64,000 bases of DNA from Mobula hypostoma (taxonomy: Eukaryota), in assembly GCF_963921235.1 (NCBI RefSeq), contig NC_086107.1, positions 116,934,001 through 116,998,000 of the forward strand. Reading direction: 5' to 3'. Within the stretch, counting starts at the first letter, position 1. Every line of letters starts with the position of its first letter. Below, one piece after another: positions 22,855 to 36,273 of the stretch. The notes beneath the pieces are model-generated. The model made no database searches. It saw nothing but the letters and a program-made list of their open reading frames with translations, and was not told where the DNA came from. Both the position numbers and the translations under genes were made by a program.

Positions 22855-25800
22855 GCCATCATTGGAGTGGACTGAGTCAGAGTGGCTTTGGCTCAAATAG
22901 GCTTCGGCAAGAACAGGCAAAGGCCAGGGTAGGTTCCGGTAAGTTTTTTGTTCAGATTGTTTAGTGCGGTGAGAATGCCAGGCAGGATGATGGAATGCTC
23001 CTCTTGCAGGATGTGGGAAGTCAGGGAGCCCTCCGGTGTCCCTGACAACGACACCTGCAAGAAGTGCATCCAGCTGCAGCTCCTGACAAACTGCGTTAGG
23101 GAACTGGAGCAGGAGCTGGATGACCTGCGGATCATTCGGGAGAATGAGGAGATTATAGATAGTAGCTACAGGGAGGTAGTTACACCAAAGGAGCAGAGGA
23201 TAGGAAATTGCGTCACTGTCAGGTGAGGGAAGAGGAAAGGGCAGGCAGAGCAGGGTTCCCCTGTGGCCATTCCCCTCAACAACAAGTATACCGCATTGGA
23301 TACTGTTGGGGGGGATGACTTACCTGGGACAAGCTGCAGTAGCCGGATCTCTGGCACTGAGTCTGGCTCTGCAGTGCAGAAGGGAGGGTGGAAAAAGAGG
23401 AGAATGGTAGTGATAGGGGATTTGATAGTTAAAGGTGCAGATAGGAGGTTCTGTGGTCGTGACAGAGAATCCAGGATGGTTTGTTGCCTCTCGGGTGCCA
23501 GGGTCAAGGATGTCCCTGAACAATTGCATGACATTCTGAAGTGGGAGGGTGATCAGCTAGATGTCGTGGTGCACATCGGTACCAATGACATAACAAGGAA
23601 GAGTGAGGAGGTCCTGGAGAGTGAGTATAGAGAGCTTGGTAGGAAGTTGAAAAGCAGGACCTCAAGGGTGGTAATGTCAGGATTGCTACCTGTGCTAGGT
23701 GCCAGTGAGGGTAGGAATAGAATGCTCTGGAGGATGAACAAGTGGCCGAGGAACTGGTGTGGGGGCAGGGTTTCAGATTTCAGGATCATTGGGACCTCTT
23801 CTGGGGCAGGTGGGATCTGTACAAGAGAGATGGGTTGCACTTGAACTACAGGGGAACCAATATCCTTTCAGGGAGGTTTGTTAGTGCTATTGGGGAGGCT
23901 TTAAACTAGATTTGCAGGGGGATGGGAACCAGAGTGCCAGAGCTGACAGTGTGGCTGGGGTGAAAATAAATGTTGAAAGTTCAAGCAAATCCGCTGATAG
24001 AAAGGTTGTGAGTGGTGGTAAAAATCTTCTGAGGTGTATATATTTCAATGCTAGGAGTATTGCGGGGAAGACGGATGAGTTGAGGGCGTGGATTGACATG
24101 TGGAATTATGACGTTATAGCAATTAGTGAAATTTGGCTACAGGAGGGGCAGGACTGGCAGCTTAATATTCCAGGGTTCCGATGTTTCAGATGTGATCGAG
24201 GCAGAGGAATGAAAGGTGGGGCAGTAGCATTGCTTGTTAGGGAAAATATTACAGCAGTGCTCAAGCAGGACAGATTAGAGGGCTTGTCTACTGAGTCCTT
24301 ATGGGTGGAGCTGAGAAACAGGAAAGGTATGGCCACATTAGTGGGATTGTATTACAGACCACCCAATAGTCAACGAGACTTGGAAGAGCAAATCTGCAGA
24401 GAGATAGCAGGCAACTGCAGGAAACATAAAGTTGTGGTGGTAGGGGATTTTAATTTTCCACACATTGATTGGGACTTCCATACTGTTCGGGGTCTAGATG
24501 GTTTAGAGTTTGTAAAATGTGTTCAGGAAAGTTTTCTAAATCAATAAATAGAGGGACCAACTGGAGGGGATGCAATATTGGATCTCCTGTTAGGAAACGA
24601 GTTAGGACAAGTGACGGAAGTCTGTGTAGGAGAGCACTTTGGTTCCAGTGATCATAACACCATTAGTTTCAATTTGATCATGGACAAGAATAGATCTGGT
24701 CCTAGGGTTGAGGTTCTGAACTGGAAGAAGGCCAAATTTGAAGAAATGAGAAAGGATCTAAAAAGCGTGGATCGGGACAGGTTGTTCTCTGGCAAAGATG
24801 TGATTGGTAGGTGGGAAGCCTTCAAAGGGGAAATATTGAGAGTGCAGAGTTTGTATGTTCCTGTCAGGATTAAAGGCAAATTGAATAGGAATAAGGAACC
24901 TTGGTTCTCAAGGGATATTGCAACTCTGATAAAGAAGAAGAGGGAGTTGTATGAAATGTATAGGAAACACCGGAGTAAATCAGGTGCTTGAGGAGTATAA
25001 GAAGTGCAAGAAAATACTTAAGAAAGAAATCAGGAGGGCTAAAAGAAGACATGAAGTTGCCTTGGCAGTCAAAGTAAAGGATAATTCAAAGAGCTTTTAC
25101 AGGTATATTAAGAGCAAAAGGATTGTAAGGGATAAAACTGGTCCTCTTGAAGATCAGAGTGGTCGGCTATGTGCGGAACCAAAGGAAATGGGGGAGATCT
25201 TAAATAGGTTTTTTGCATCTGTATTTACTAAGGAAACTGGCATGAAGTCTATGGAATTGAGGGAATCAAGCAGTGAGATCATGGAAACTGTACAGATTGA
25301 AAAGGAGGAGGTGCTTGCTGTCTTGAGGAAAATTAAAGTGGATAAATCCCCGAGACCTGACAGAGTGTTCCCTTGGACCTTGAAGGAGACTAGTGTTGAA
25401 ATTGCGGGGGCCCTGGCAGAAATATTTAAAATGTCGCTGTCTACGGGTGAGGTGCCAGAGGATTGGAAAGTGGCTCATGTTGTTCCGTTGTTTAAAAAAG
25501 GATCGAATAGCAATCCGGGAATATATAGGCTGGTAAATTTAACGTCGGTAGTGGGTAAGTTATTGGAGGGAGCACTAAGAGACAGAATCTACAAGCATTT
25601 GGATAGACAAGGACTTATTAGGGAGAGTCAACATGGCTTTGTGCGTGGTAGGTCATGTTTGACCAATCTATTAGAATTTTTTGAGGAGGTTACCAGGAAA
25701 GTGGATGAAGGGAAGGCAGTGGATATTGTCTACATGGATTTCAGTAAGGCCTTTGACAAGGTCCCGCATGGGAGGTTAGTTAGGAAAATTCAGTCGCTAG

Positions 25801-26768
25801 GTATACATGGAGAGGTGGTAAATTGGATTAGACATTGGCTCAATGGAAGAAGCCAGAGAGTGGTGGTAGAGAATTGCTTCTCTAAGTGGAGGCCTGTGAC
25901 TAGTGGTGTGCCACAGGGATCAGTGCTGGGTCCATTGTTATTTGTCATCTATATCAATGATCTGGATGATAATATGGTAAACTGGATCAGCAAATTTGCT
26001 GATGATACAAAGATTGGAGGTGTAGTTGACAGTGAGGAAGGTTTTCAGAGCCTGCAGAGGGACTTGGACCAGCTGGAAAAATGGGCTGAAAAATGGCAGA
26101 TGGAGTTTAATGCAGACAAGTGTGAGGTATTGCACATTGGAAGGACAAACCAAGGTAGAACATACAGGGTTAATGGTAAGGCACTGAGGAGTGCAGTAGA
26201 ACAGAGGAATCTGGGAATACAGATACAAAATTCCCTAAAAGTGGCATCACAAGTAGATAGGGTCGTAAAGAGAGCTTTTGGTACATTGGTCTTTATTAAT
26301 CAAAGTATTGAGTATAAGAGCTGGAATGTTATGATGAGGTTGTATAAGGCATTAGTGAGGCTGAATCCGGAGTATTGTGTTCAGTTTTGGTCATCAAATT
26401 ACAGGAAGGATATAAATAAGGTTGAAAGAGTGCAGAGAAGGTTTACAAGGATGTTGCCAGGATTTGAGAAACTCAGTTACAGAGAAAGGTTGAATAGGTT
26501 AGGACTTTATTCCCTGGAGCATAGAAGAATGAGGGGAGATTTGATAGAGGTATATAAAATTATGATGGGTATAGATAGAGTGAATGCAAGCAGGCTTTTT
26601 CCATTGAGGCAAGGGGAGAAAACAACCAGAGGACATGGGTTAAGGCTGAGGGGGGAAAAGTTTAAAGGGAACATTAGGGGGGCTTCTTACACAGAGAGTG
26701 GTGGGAGTATGGAATGAGCTGCCAGATGAGGTGGTAAATGCAGGTTCTTTTTTAACATTTAAGAATAA
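22855..26768 (+). mobile_element. Near full-length CR1 LINE (subfamily A): ORF1 plus APE-RT ORF2, with stops and frameshifts, 3' tail missing
   Basis: ORF1 CSSC..CKKC, coiled coil, VIGD..V and HIGTND; APE YFNARS, YYRPP, GDFN, SDHN; 588-aa RT ORF 24951-26717 with FADD. Confidence 0.95.
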
Positions 26769-26957
26769 AGGACAAGAACAATCCAGCAGCCACACCCTGG
26801 TCTCTGGAGGTATTTATGCAGCCAGCCCCCACGAGCATCAGCTTCCTCAATTAGAGATCAACAAGAACAGAAACAGGGTAGACAGGAAAACCTGGAGCAT
26901 GGGTCGATGGACCGGACCGTGAACCGTAATACGGACTTCACGGACCGGACCATGACA
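26769..26957. mobile_element. Terminal fragment of an LTR related to 31120-32152
   Basis: Shares TCCAGCAGCCA..GCCAGCCC..AAAACCTGGA..GGACCGGACCGTGAACCG with 32020-32148; ends ATGACA, complementary to the TGTCAT start at 31120. Confidence 0.55.
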
Positions 26958-28845
26958 TCTATATGTGTACCAGATGAGCTCGGTGCTTTCTATGCCCGCT
27001 TCGAAAGGGGGAATATATCTACAGCTCCGAAGATCCCTGCTGCACCTGATGACCCGGTGATCTCTGTCTCAGAGGCCGATGTTAGGCTTTCTTTAAAGAG
27101 AGTGAACCCTCGCAAAGCGGATGGTCCCGATGGAGTGTTACGTACCCCGTAACTGGGTTGCCAAACCAGCAGAAATGGATCACTCAGTTGGAGTCTGGAT
27201 TACTAGAACTAAGAAAGTTTTATTAAAGAAACAAGCAACACAGTAATCGAAAGGATAATAAATGCAACAGTTCAGCAATGATAAACACACATGTGCACAG
27301 AATTAAGATAACAGCATCAATCAAGCTCTATCGTTGTCTAGGGGTAAATGACCAATTTCAAAGTGACACAAAGTTCAGTCCAATTCAGTTCAGTTCGCAG
27401 TAGTCGCTGCCATGGCGATGGACAACGTGGGGGGAGGGAGAGAGAGAGAACGAGAACGACTGATCATTCAGAACGGCTTCCATTCACAGACCGGCGATAT
27501 TGCTCACAAGCAGCTTTCGGGCGGGTCCTTTGTGATGTCACCTGAGGTCACCGACTGTGACCCCTCCTCCAGATGCGGTCGATCCTCTGCAGTGAACCTG
27601 GCACCCAAGCGAGGGTGGACACACACCAGGTTTCCGCTGATCGTACCTTTCCACCCTGTGCGTTTATGACCCGGTACTTTCCACCGACTTGTGAGAGGCG
27701 CACCGCTTCCAGGGTCTCGTTACCTCGGGTGTCGTGTGTGTCCTGCCTTAGCGAACCTGTCCCTTTTTATCCCCCTGCTGGGGTATCGCCTGTCCATCAC
27801 TTCAAACAGTTCAGGGTTCAAAGGGGGAGCCGCTCTTGACAATACCCGGACTGATGGCTCCTTCATTAACACCTCCAAATGCTGCTTCATTGTGTGCCTT
27901 ATCTCTCCCTCCCCTGAGGACAGGTGACAGACCACTGCTGATGCCACTGGTGCAAGCCCAGGCCAGCAAACATCTTAATTTAAGTGTATTCTCGTCACAG
28001 GAGTAACTGATAAGGCTCTGGAAACTATGCCAACCAGCTGGCGGGAGTACCTACAATGATGAAATGCTTTGAGAGGTTGGTCATGACTAGACTGAGCTTC
28101 TGCCTTAGCAAGGACCTGGACCCATTGTAATTTACCTATCGCCACAATAGGACAACGACAGATGCAATCTCAATGGCTCTTCACACGGCTTTAGACCACC
28201 TGGACAACACAAACACCTATGTCAGGATAACTGTTCATCGACTTTTAATACCATTATTCCCACAATAATGGTTGGTCATTGAGAAGTTAAAGAACCTGCG
28301 CCTCTGTACCTCCCTCTGCAATTTGATCCTTGACTTCCTAACGGGAAGACCACAATCTGTGTGGATTGGTGATAACATCTCCTCGCTAACGATCAACACT
28401 AGCGCAACTCGGGGCTGTGGGCTTAGCCCGCTGCTCTATTCTCTATATACCCATGACTAGGTAGTTAAGCATAGCTCAAATACCATCCATAAATTTGCTG
28501 ATGATACAACCGTTGTTGGTAGAATCTCAGATAGTGACGGTGGGGGGGGGGGGGTGTACAGGAGCTAGGTATGCCAACTAGCGGAGTGGTGTCGCAGCAA
28601 CAACCTGGCACTCAGCGTCAGTAAGTCAAGAGAGCTGGTTGTGGACGTCTGGAGGGTAAGATGAAGGAACACATAGCAATCCTCATAGAGAGATCAGAAG
28701 TGGAGAGAGTGAGCAGTTTCAAGTTCCTGGGTGTCAATATCTCTGAGGATCTAACCTGGTCCCAACATATCGATGCAGTTATAAAGAAGGCAAGACAGCG
28801 GCTATACTTCATTAGGAGTTTGAAGAGATTTGGTATGCCAACAAA
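26958..28845 (+). mobile_element. Rex1/Babar-clade LINE RT fragment, degenerate, split by a solo LTR
   Basis: [69 protein letters not shown]. Confidence 0.8.
27136..27999. mobile_element. Solo LTR, same family as 9807-10652
   Basis: TGTTACG...GTCACA termini, TSD GGAG at 27132-27135 and 28000-28003. Confidence 0.88.
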
Positions 28846-29387
28846 TAAGGGTTAAAAGGTACAATTTAATGTCAGAGAAATGTATACAATATATATCCTG
28901 AAATGCTTTTTCTTCTCAACCATCCGCAAAAACAGAGGAGTGCCCCAAAGAATGAACGACAGTTAAATGTTAGAACCCAAAGTTCCCCCCAGCTCCCTCC
29001 CTCCCGCGCGTAATCCCTTTCCCCTCACCGGCAAAAATAAAGCGCACCCTTTACCAGAACTCCAGCGTGAGCAAAACAATAGCAAAGACACAGACTTGCA
29101 GTTACCCCAAAGACTGCATTGGTCACTCGATAATTCGACATGCTGCAGGTTCTCTCTCTCCTAATAAGGGAGAAAGAGGTGACTCCATTTTCCAACGAGA
29201 GGGGAGACATAACAAACAACTCGCTGGTTTACGTTGTTAAAAGTCCGTTACGTCGCTTTTTTCGAGCTCTGTGCCTGACGATCGCAAAGACCCCGGGTCC
29301 CCAGGCACACAGCAGATGTTCCGACTCCCCCAACGACACACGGGTCTCCTGTGGCGACACGGAGCCTTGGTCCGCCCGTCTCCAGTT

Positions 29388-29732
29388 CACATAGAAACAT
29401 AGAAAACCTACAGCACAATACAGGCCATTCGGCCCACAAAGTTGTGCCGAATATATCCCTACCTTACAAATTACTAGGGTTACATATAGCCCTCTATTTT
29501 TCTAAGCTCCATGTACCTATCCAAAAATCTCTTAAAATACCCTATCGTATCCGCCTCCACCACCGTTGCAGGCAGCCTATTCCACGCACTCACCACTCTG
29601 CGTAAAAAACCTACCCCTGACATCTCCTCTGTACCTGCTCCCAAGCACCTTAAACCTGTGCCCTCTGGCGGCAGCAATTTCAGCCTTGGGAAAAAGCCTC
29701 TGACTATCCACATGATCAATGCCTCTCATCAT
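29388..29732 (-). mobile_element. CR1 LINE 3' end (subfamily B)
   Basis: CATAGAAA tail; minus peptide RVVSAWNRLPATVVEADT. Confidence 0.8.
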
Positions 29733-31118
29733 CTGTTCATCCTCCAGAGCATCCTATTCCTACCCTCACTGGCGTGTGGCACAGGTAGCAATCCTGAAAT
29801 TACCACCCTTGAGGTCCTGCTTTTCAGCTTCCTACCAAGCTCTCTATACTCACTGTCCATGTTTGACCAATCTATTGGAGTTTTTCGAGGAGGTTACCAG
29901 GAAAGTGGATGAAGGGAAGGCGGTGGATATTGTCTACATGGACTTCAGTAAGGCCTTTGACAAGGTCCCGCATGAGAGGTTAGTTAGGAAAATTCAGTCG
30001 CTAGGTATACATGGAGAGGTGGTAATTTGGATTAGACATTGGCTCAATGGAAGAAGCCAAAGAGTGGTAGTAGAGAATTGCTTCTCCGAGTGGAAGCCTG
30101 TGACTAGTGGTGTGCCACAGGGATCAGTGCTGGATCCATTGTTATTTGTCATCTATATCAATGATCTGGATGATAATGTGGTAAACTGGATCAGCAAATT
30201 TGCTGATGATACAAAGATTGGAGGTGTAGTAGACATTGAGGAAGGTTTTCAGAGCCTGCAGAGGGACTTGGACCAGCTGGAAAAATGGGCTGAAAAATGG
30301 CAGATGGAGTTTAATACAGACAAGTGTGAGGTATTGCACGTTGGAAGGACAAACCAAGGTAGAACATACAGGGTTAATGGTAAGGCACTGAGGAGTTCAG
30401 TGGAACAGAGGGATCTGGGAATACAGATACAAAATTCCCTAAAAGTAGCATCACAGGTAGATAGGGTTGTAAAGAGAGCTTTTGGTACATTGGCCTTTAT
30501 TAATCAAAGTATTGAGTATAAGAGCTGGAATGTTATGATGAGGTTGTATAAGGCATTGGTGAGGCCGAATCTGGAGTATTGTATTCAGTTTTGGTCACCA
30601 AATTACAGGAAGGATATAAATAAGGTTGAAAGAGTGCAGCGAAGGTTTACAAGGATGTTGCCGGGACTTGAGAAACTCAGTTACAGAGAAAGGTTGAATA
30701 GGTTAGGACTTTATTCCCTGGAGCATAGAAGAATGAGCGGAGATTTGATAGAGGTATATAAAATTATGATGGGTATAGATAGAGTTAATGCAAGCAGGCT
30801 TTTTCCACTGAGGCAAGGGGAGAAAAAAAACCAGAGGACATGGGTTAAGGGTGAGGGGGGAAAAGTTTAAAGGGAACATTAGGAGGGGCTTCTTCACACA
30901 GAGAGTGGTGGGAGTGTGGAATGAGCTGCCAGACAAGGTGGTAAATGCGGGTTCTTTTTTAACATTTAAGAATAAATTGGACAGATACATGGATGGGAGG
31001 TGTATGGAGGGATATGGTCCGTGTGCAGGTCAGTGGGACTAGGCAGAAAATGGTTCGGCACCGCCAAGAAGGGCCAAAAGGCCTGCTTCTGTGCTGTAGT
31101 TTCTATGGTTTCTATGGT
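29733..31118 (+). mobile_element. CR1 LINE (subfamily A), 5'-truncated, preceded by an inverted ORF1 segment
   Basis: 29856-31118 is RT plus TTTCTATGG tail; 29733-29855 is the reverse complement of ~23620-23740. Confidence 0.88.
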
Positions 31119-31119
31119 T

Positions 31120-32152
31120 TGTCATAAGGGGGGCGTTGCGAACGGACCCAAATGCAAGGCACAGACACTGACTAGGAGTGTCAAGAAGGCAAGGGAAGTC
31201 GGGAGGAAACGATGCTGGACGTGGACACAGCCCTGGATGAGACAAGGACACCGGGCCTGGGCTCGGACTTGGACTAGGAGCGTAGTACCTGGACGAGGAA
31301 CTTGAAACAAGGAGCCTGGACTAGGACTCCGAGCTGGACAGTGACCCGGAACATGGGTCCCGACTCGGGCTCGGAATTCGAATCCAGGCGAGGACTCGGG
31401 ACTAGGAACAGACCAGACACAAAAATAGTACAGGGAATACGAAGCCTTGACATGGAGTGGACGAGACTCTAGGACGGGACTTGGACAAGGTGATGTTCTT
31501 GGACGTGACGAGAGACTCCACGACGGGACCAGTAATCCCCAGCACAGGACGAGGTACTCCAGCGCTGGGCTGGGCGTGGAACACCGGATTCGGCTGGGCT
31601 CGGCTCTTGACTCTTGGACTGGACGAGGTGCTCCTGGACGGGACGTGGCTCTTGGACCGGGCTTGGCTCGGCTCTAGGATACTTGGCTGGGCTCGGCTCT
31701 TGGACTCGGCGGGGTTCGGAGCCGGGACTCCTTCTTGGGGCTCGGAGCCACCGGAACCCTTCTTGGACACAGGGCCGTGGTGGCCGCCGAGGGAACCCGC
31801 CGAGGGAACTCGCCTTGGGAACCCGCCGACGGAACTCGCCGTGGGAACTGGCGTGTGAACCCGCCGAGGAAACTCGCCGAGGGAACCTGCCGAGGGAACT
31901 CGCCGAGGGAACTTGCCGTCGGAACCGCCGTGGTAACCGCTAAGGGAACTCGCCGTGGTAACCGCCGAGGGAACTCGCCGTTGCAACTGTCAGGGATACA
32001 GAAGGAAGGGAAGGGACCAGTCCAGCAGCCAGAGGCTGGATACTGAAGCTATTTACGAAGCCAGCCCAAACGAGAATCAGGTGCTTAAACGGAAACCGGG
32101 GAAAGCCAGAAAACCTGGAATGAGGAGCAATGGACCGGACCGTGAACCGGAA
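31120..32152. mobile_element. LTR-like element (probable Gypsy solo LTR) with internal GC-rich repeats
   Basis: TGTCAT start; homology to 26769-26957, which supplies the ATGACA end; no recognisable protein. Confidence 0.5.
31785..31982. repeat. ~14-bp minisatellite (GGGAACTCGCCGA-like)
   Basis: More than ten imperfect GGGAAC(T/C)CGCCG(A/T) units in tandem. Confidence 0.85.
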
Positions 32153-35035
32153 TGCAGAAGGGTAGGGAAAGGAAGAGGAAGGCAGTATTGATAGGGGACT
32201 CTGTAGTTAGGGGCTCAGACAGGCGATTCTGCAGACGCAGTAAAGAAACTCGAATGGTAGTTTGCCTCCCAGGTGCCAGGGTCCAGGATGTTTTAGACCG
32301 CGTCCAAGGTATCCTGCAGTGGGAGGGCGAACAGCCAGAGGTCGTGGTACATATTGGTACTAATGACATAGGTAGGAAAAGGGAAGAGGTCCTGAAAAAA
32401 GACTACAGGGAGTTAGGAAGGAAGTTGAGAAGCAGGACCGCAAAGGTAGTAATCGCGGGATTACTGCCTGTGCCACACGATAGAGAGTATAGGAATAGAA
32501 TGAGATGGAGGATAAATGCGTGGCTAAGGGATTGGAGCAGGGCGCAGGAATTCAGAGTTCTGGATCATTGAGACCTCTTTTGGGACAGGTGTGACCTGTA
32601 CAAAAAGGACGGGTTGCATTTGAATCCCAGTGGGACCAATAACCTGGCGGGGAGGTTTGCTAAGGCTACTGGGGAGAGTTTAAACCTGAATTGTTGGGGG
32701 GTGGGAACCGAACTGAAGAGACTGGGGAAGAACAGGTTGGCTCATAAATAGAGAAAGCTTGGAGACAGTATGAGAGGAAGGATAGGCAGATGATAGAGAA
32801 GGGACGCGCTCAGACCGACATTTTGAGATGTGTCTATTTTAACGCAAGGAGTATTGTGAACAAAGCGGATGAGCTTAGAGCGTGGATCAGTACTTGGAGC
32901 TATGATGTGGTGGCCATTACAGAGACTTGGATGGCTCAGGGACAGGAATGGTTACTTCAAATGCCGGGTTTTAGAAGTTTCAAAAAGGAGAGGGAGAGAG
33001 GCAAAAGAGGTGGGGGCGTGGCACTGTTGATCAGAGATAGTGTCATGGCTGCAGAAAAGGTGAACGCCATGGAGGGATTGTCTATGGAGTCTCTGTGGGT
33101 GGAGGTTAGGAACAGGAAGGGATCAATAACTTTACTGCGTGTTTTTATAGGCCGCCCAATAGTAACAGGGATATCGAGGAGCAGATAGGGGAACAGATCC
33201 TGGAAAGGCGTAATAATAACAGAGCTGTCGTGATGGGAGAATTTAATTTCCCAAATATCAATTGGCATCTCCCTAGAGCAAGGGTTTTAGATGGGGTGGA
33301 GTTTCTTAGGTGTGCTCAGGAAGGTTTCTTGACACAATATATAGACAAGCCTACAAGAGGAGAGACTGTACTTGATTTGGTATTGGGAAATGAACCTGGT
33401 CAGGTGTCAGATCTCTCAGTGGGAGAACATTTTAGAGATAGTGATCATAGTGATCATAATTCTATCTCCTTTACAATAGCATTGGAGAGAGTTATAGGAC
33501 CAGACAAGTTAGAAAAGCGTTTAATTGGAGTAAAGGAAATTATCAGCCGGGAAATTGGAAGCTTAAACAGGCAGAAACGGGGATGGTGCCGGAGGATTGT
33601 CGTATTGCTCATGTTGTTCCATTGTTTAAACAGGGTCCTAAGAGTAAACCTAGCAATTATGGGCCTGTGAGTTTGACGTCAGTGGTGGGTAAATGGATGG
33701 AAAGTATTCTTAGGGATGGTATATATAATTATCTGGATAGATAGGGTCTGATTAGGAACAGTCAACATGGATTTGTGCGTGGAAGGTCATGTTTGACAAA
33801 CCTTATTGAATTATTTGAAGCGGTTACTAGGAAAGTTGACGAGCGTAAAGCGGTGGATGTTGTCTATGGACTTCAGTAAGGCCTTTGACAAGGTTCCACA
33901 CAGAAGGTTAGTTAGGAAGGTTCAATCGTTAGGTATTAAAATTGAAGTAGTAAAATGGATTCAGCAGTGGCTGGATGGGAGATGCCAGAGAGTAGTGGTG
34001 GCTAAATGTTTGTCAGATTGGAGGCCAATGACTAGTGGTGTGCCTCAGGGATCTGCACTGGGTCCAATGTTGTTTGTCATATACATTAATGATCCGGATG
34101 ATGGGGTGGTAAATTGGATTAGTAAGTATGCAGATGATACTAAGATAGGAGGCGTTGTGGATAATGAAGTAGGTTTTCAAAGCTTACAGAGAGATTTAGG
34201 CCAGTTAGAAGAGGGGGCTGAAAGATGGCAGATGGAGTTTAATGCTGATAAATGTGAGGTGCTACATTTTGGTAGGACTAATCAAAATAGGACATACATG
34301 GTAAGTGGTAGGGCATTGAAGAATGCAGTAGAACAGAGGGATCTAGGAATAATGGAGCATAGCTCCCTGAAGGTGGAACTCATGTGGATAGGGTGGTGAA
34401 GAAAGCTTTTGGTATGCTGACCTTTAGAAATCAGAGCATTGAGTATAGGAGTTGGGATGTAATGTTAAAATTGTACAAGGCATTGGTGAGGCCAAATTTG
34501 GAGTATTGTGATCAGTTCTTGTCACCGAATTATAGGAAGGATGTCAACAAAATAGAGAGAGTAAAGAGAAGAATGTTACCTGCGATTCAGCACCTAAGTT
34601 ACAGAGAAAGGTTGAACAAGTTGGGTCTTTATTCTTTGGAGCCTAGAAGATCGAGGGGGGACTTGATAGAGGTATTTAAAATTATGAGGGGGATAGATAG
34701 AGTTGACGTGGATAGGTTTTTTCCATTGAGAGTAGGGGAGATTCAAGCAAGAGGACATGAGTTGAGAGTTAGGGGGCAAAAGTTTAGGGGTAACATGAGG
34801 GGGAACTTCTTTACTCAGAGAGTGGTATCTGTGTGGAACGAGCTTCCAGCAGAAGTGGTAGAGGCAGGTTCGATGTTGTCATTTAAAGTAAAATTGAATA
34901 GCTACATGGACAGGAAAACAATGGAGGGTTATAGGCTGAGTGCAGGTCGGTGGGACTAGGTGAGAGTAAGCGTTCAGCATGGACTAGAAGGGTGGAGATG
35001 GCCTGTTTCCGTGCTGTAATTGTTATATGGTTATA
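32152..35035 (+). mobile_element. CR1 LINE (ORF1 esterase, APE, RT, tail) with internal deletion or chimeric junction near 33570
   Basis: IGDSVVRG, YFNARS, SKYADDTK, TTATATGG tail; the APE-RT linker is missing. Confidence 0.88.
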
Positions 35036-36273
35036 GGGCAGATCGTGTCTAACAAGCCTGATAGAGTTCTTTGAGGAAGTGACCAGACATATAGATGAAG
35101 GTAATGCTGTGGATGTGATCTACATGGATTTTAGTAAGGCAATTGACAAGGTTCCACACGGTAGGCTTATTCAGAAAGTCAGAAGGCATGGGATCCAGGG
35201 AAGTTTAGCCAGGTGGATTCAGAATTGGCTTGCCTGCAGAAAGCAGAGGGTCGTAGTGGAGGGAGTACATTCGGATTGGAGGGTTGTGACTAGTGGTGTC
35301 CCACAAGGATCGGTTTTGGGACCTTTACTTTTCGTGAATTTTATTAACGTCCTGGATGTGGGGGTAGAAGGGTGGGTTGGCAAGTTTGTAGACGACACAA
35401 AGGTTGGTGGTGTTGTGGATAGTGTAGAGGATTGTCTTAGATTGCAGAGAGACGTTGATAGGATGCAGAAGTGGGCTGAGAAGTGGCAGATGGAATTCAA
35501 CTCGGAGAAGTGTGAGGTAGTACACTTTGGAAGAACAACTCCAAGGCAGAGTACAAAGTAAATGGCAGGATACTTGGTAGTGTGGAGGAGCTGAGGGATC
35601 TGGGGGTACATGTCACATATCCCTGAAAGTTGCCTCACAGGTAGATAGGGTAGTTAAGAAAGCTTATGGGGTGTTAGCTTTCATAAGTCGAGGGATAGAG
35701 TTTAAGAGTCGCGAGTTAATGGTGCAGCTCTATAAAACTCTGGTTCGGCCACACTTTGAGTACTGCGTCCAGTTCTGGTCGCCTCACTATAGGAAGGATG
35801 TGGAAGATTTGGAAAGGGTACAGAAGAGATTTACCAGGATGCTGCCTGGTTTAGAGAGTGTGGATTATGATCAGAGATTAAGTGAGCTAGGGCTTTACTC
35901 TTTGGAGAGAAGGAGGATGAGAGGAGACATGATAGAGGTATACAAGATATTAAGAGGAATAGATAAAGTGAACAGTCAGCGCCTCTTCCCCAGGGCACCA
36001 CTGCTCAATACAAGAGAACATACTTTAAGGTAAGGGGTGGGAAGTTCAATGGGGGATATTAGAGGAAGGTTTTTTACTGAGAGAGTGGTTGGTGCGTGGA
36101 ATGCACTGCCTAAGTCGATGGTGGAGGCAGATACACTGGTGAAATTTAAGAGACTACTGGACAAGTATATGGAGGAATTTAAGGTTGGGGGTTATATGGG
36201 AGGCAGGGTTTGAGGGTCGGGCCAACAATATTGGCCGAAGGGTCTGTACTGTGCGGTACTATTCTATGTTCTA
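35036..36273 (+). mobile_element. CR1 LINE, 5'-truncated (third subfamily)
   Basis: ORFs 35079-35561 and 35671-36033 carry RT motifs; TTCTATGTTCTA tail. Confidence 0.88.

Larger units (their letters stand above)
1640..22860 (+). repeat. Diverged tandem array of tRNA-bearing units (unit 1 ~1650-6720, unit 2 ~6700-20260, partial unit 3 ~20250-22860)
   Basis: Colinear homologous blocks: GAAAACTG(C/T)GCGGCACTT at ~1650/6704/20252; ACAAAGAAAA..TTCAC..CGTAAAC at ~1770/10677/22427; 2530-3000 vs 11050-11530; 5590-6600 vs 15360-15920, 16800-17070 and 19620-19840. Confidence 0.8.

Noticed and set aside
24951..26717. 588-aa RT ORF as an active or domesticated gene
   Set aside because: Upstream ORF1 and APE have stops and frameshifts; near-identical truncated copies nearby indicate a recent ordinary CR1
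31402..32046. Several overlapping ORFs of 100-194 aa
   Set aside because: Produced by stop-poor GC-rich tandem repeats in an LTR-like element; no protein motif
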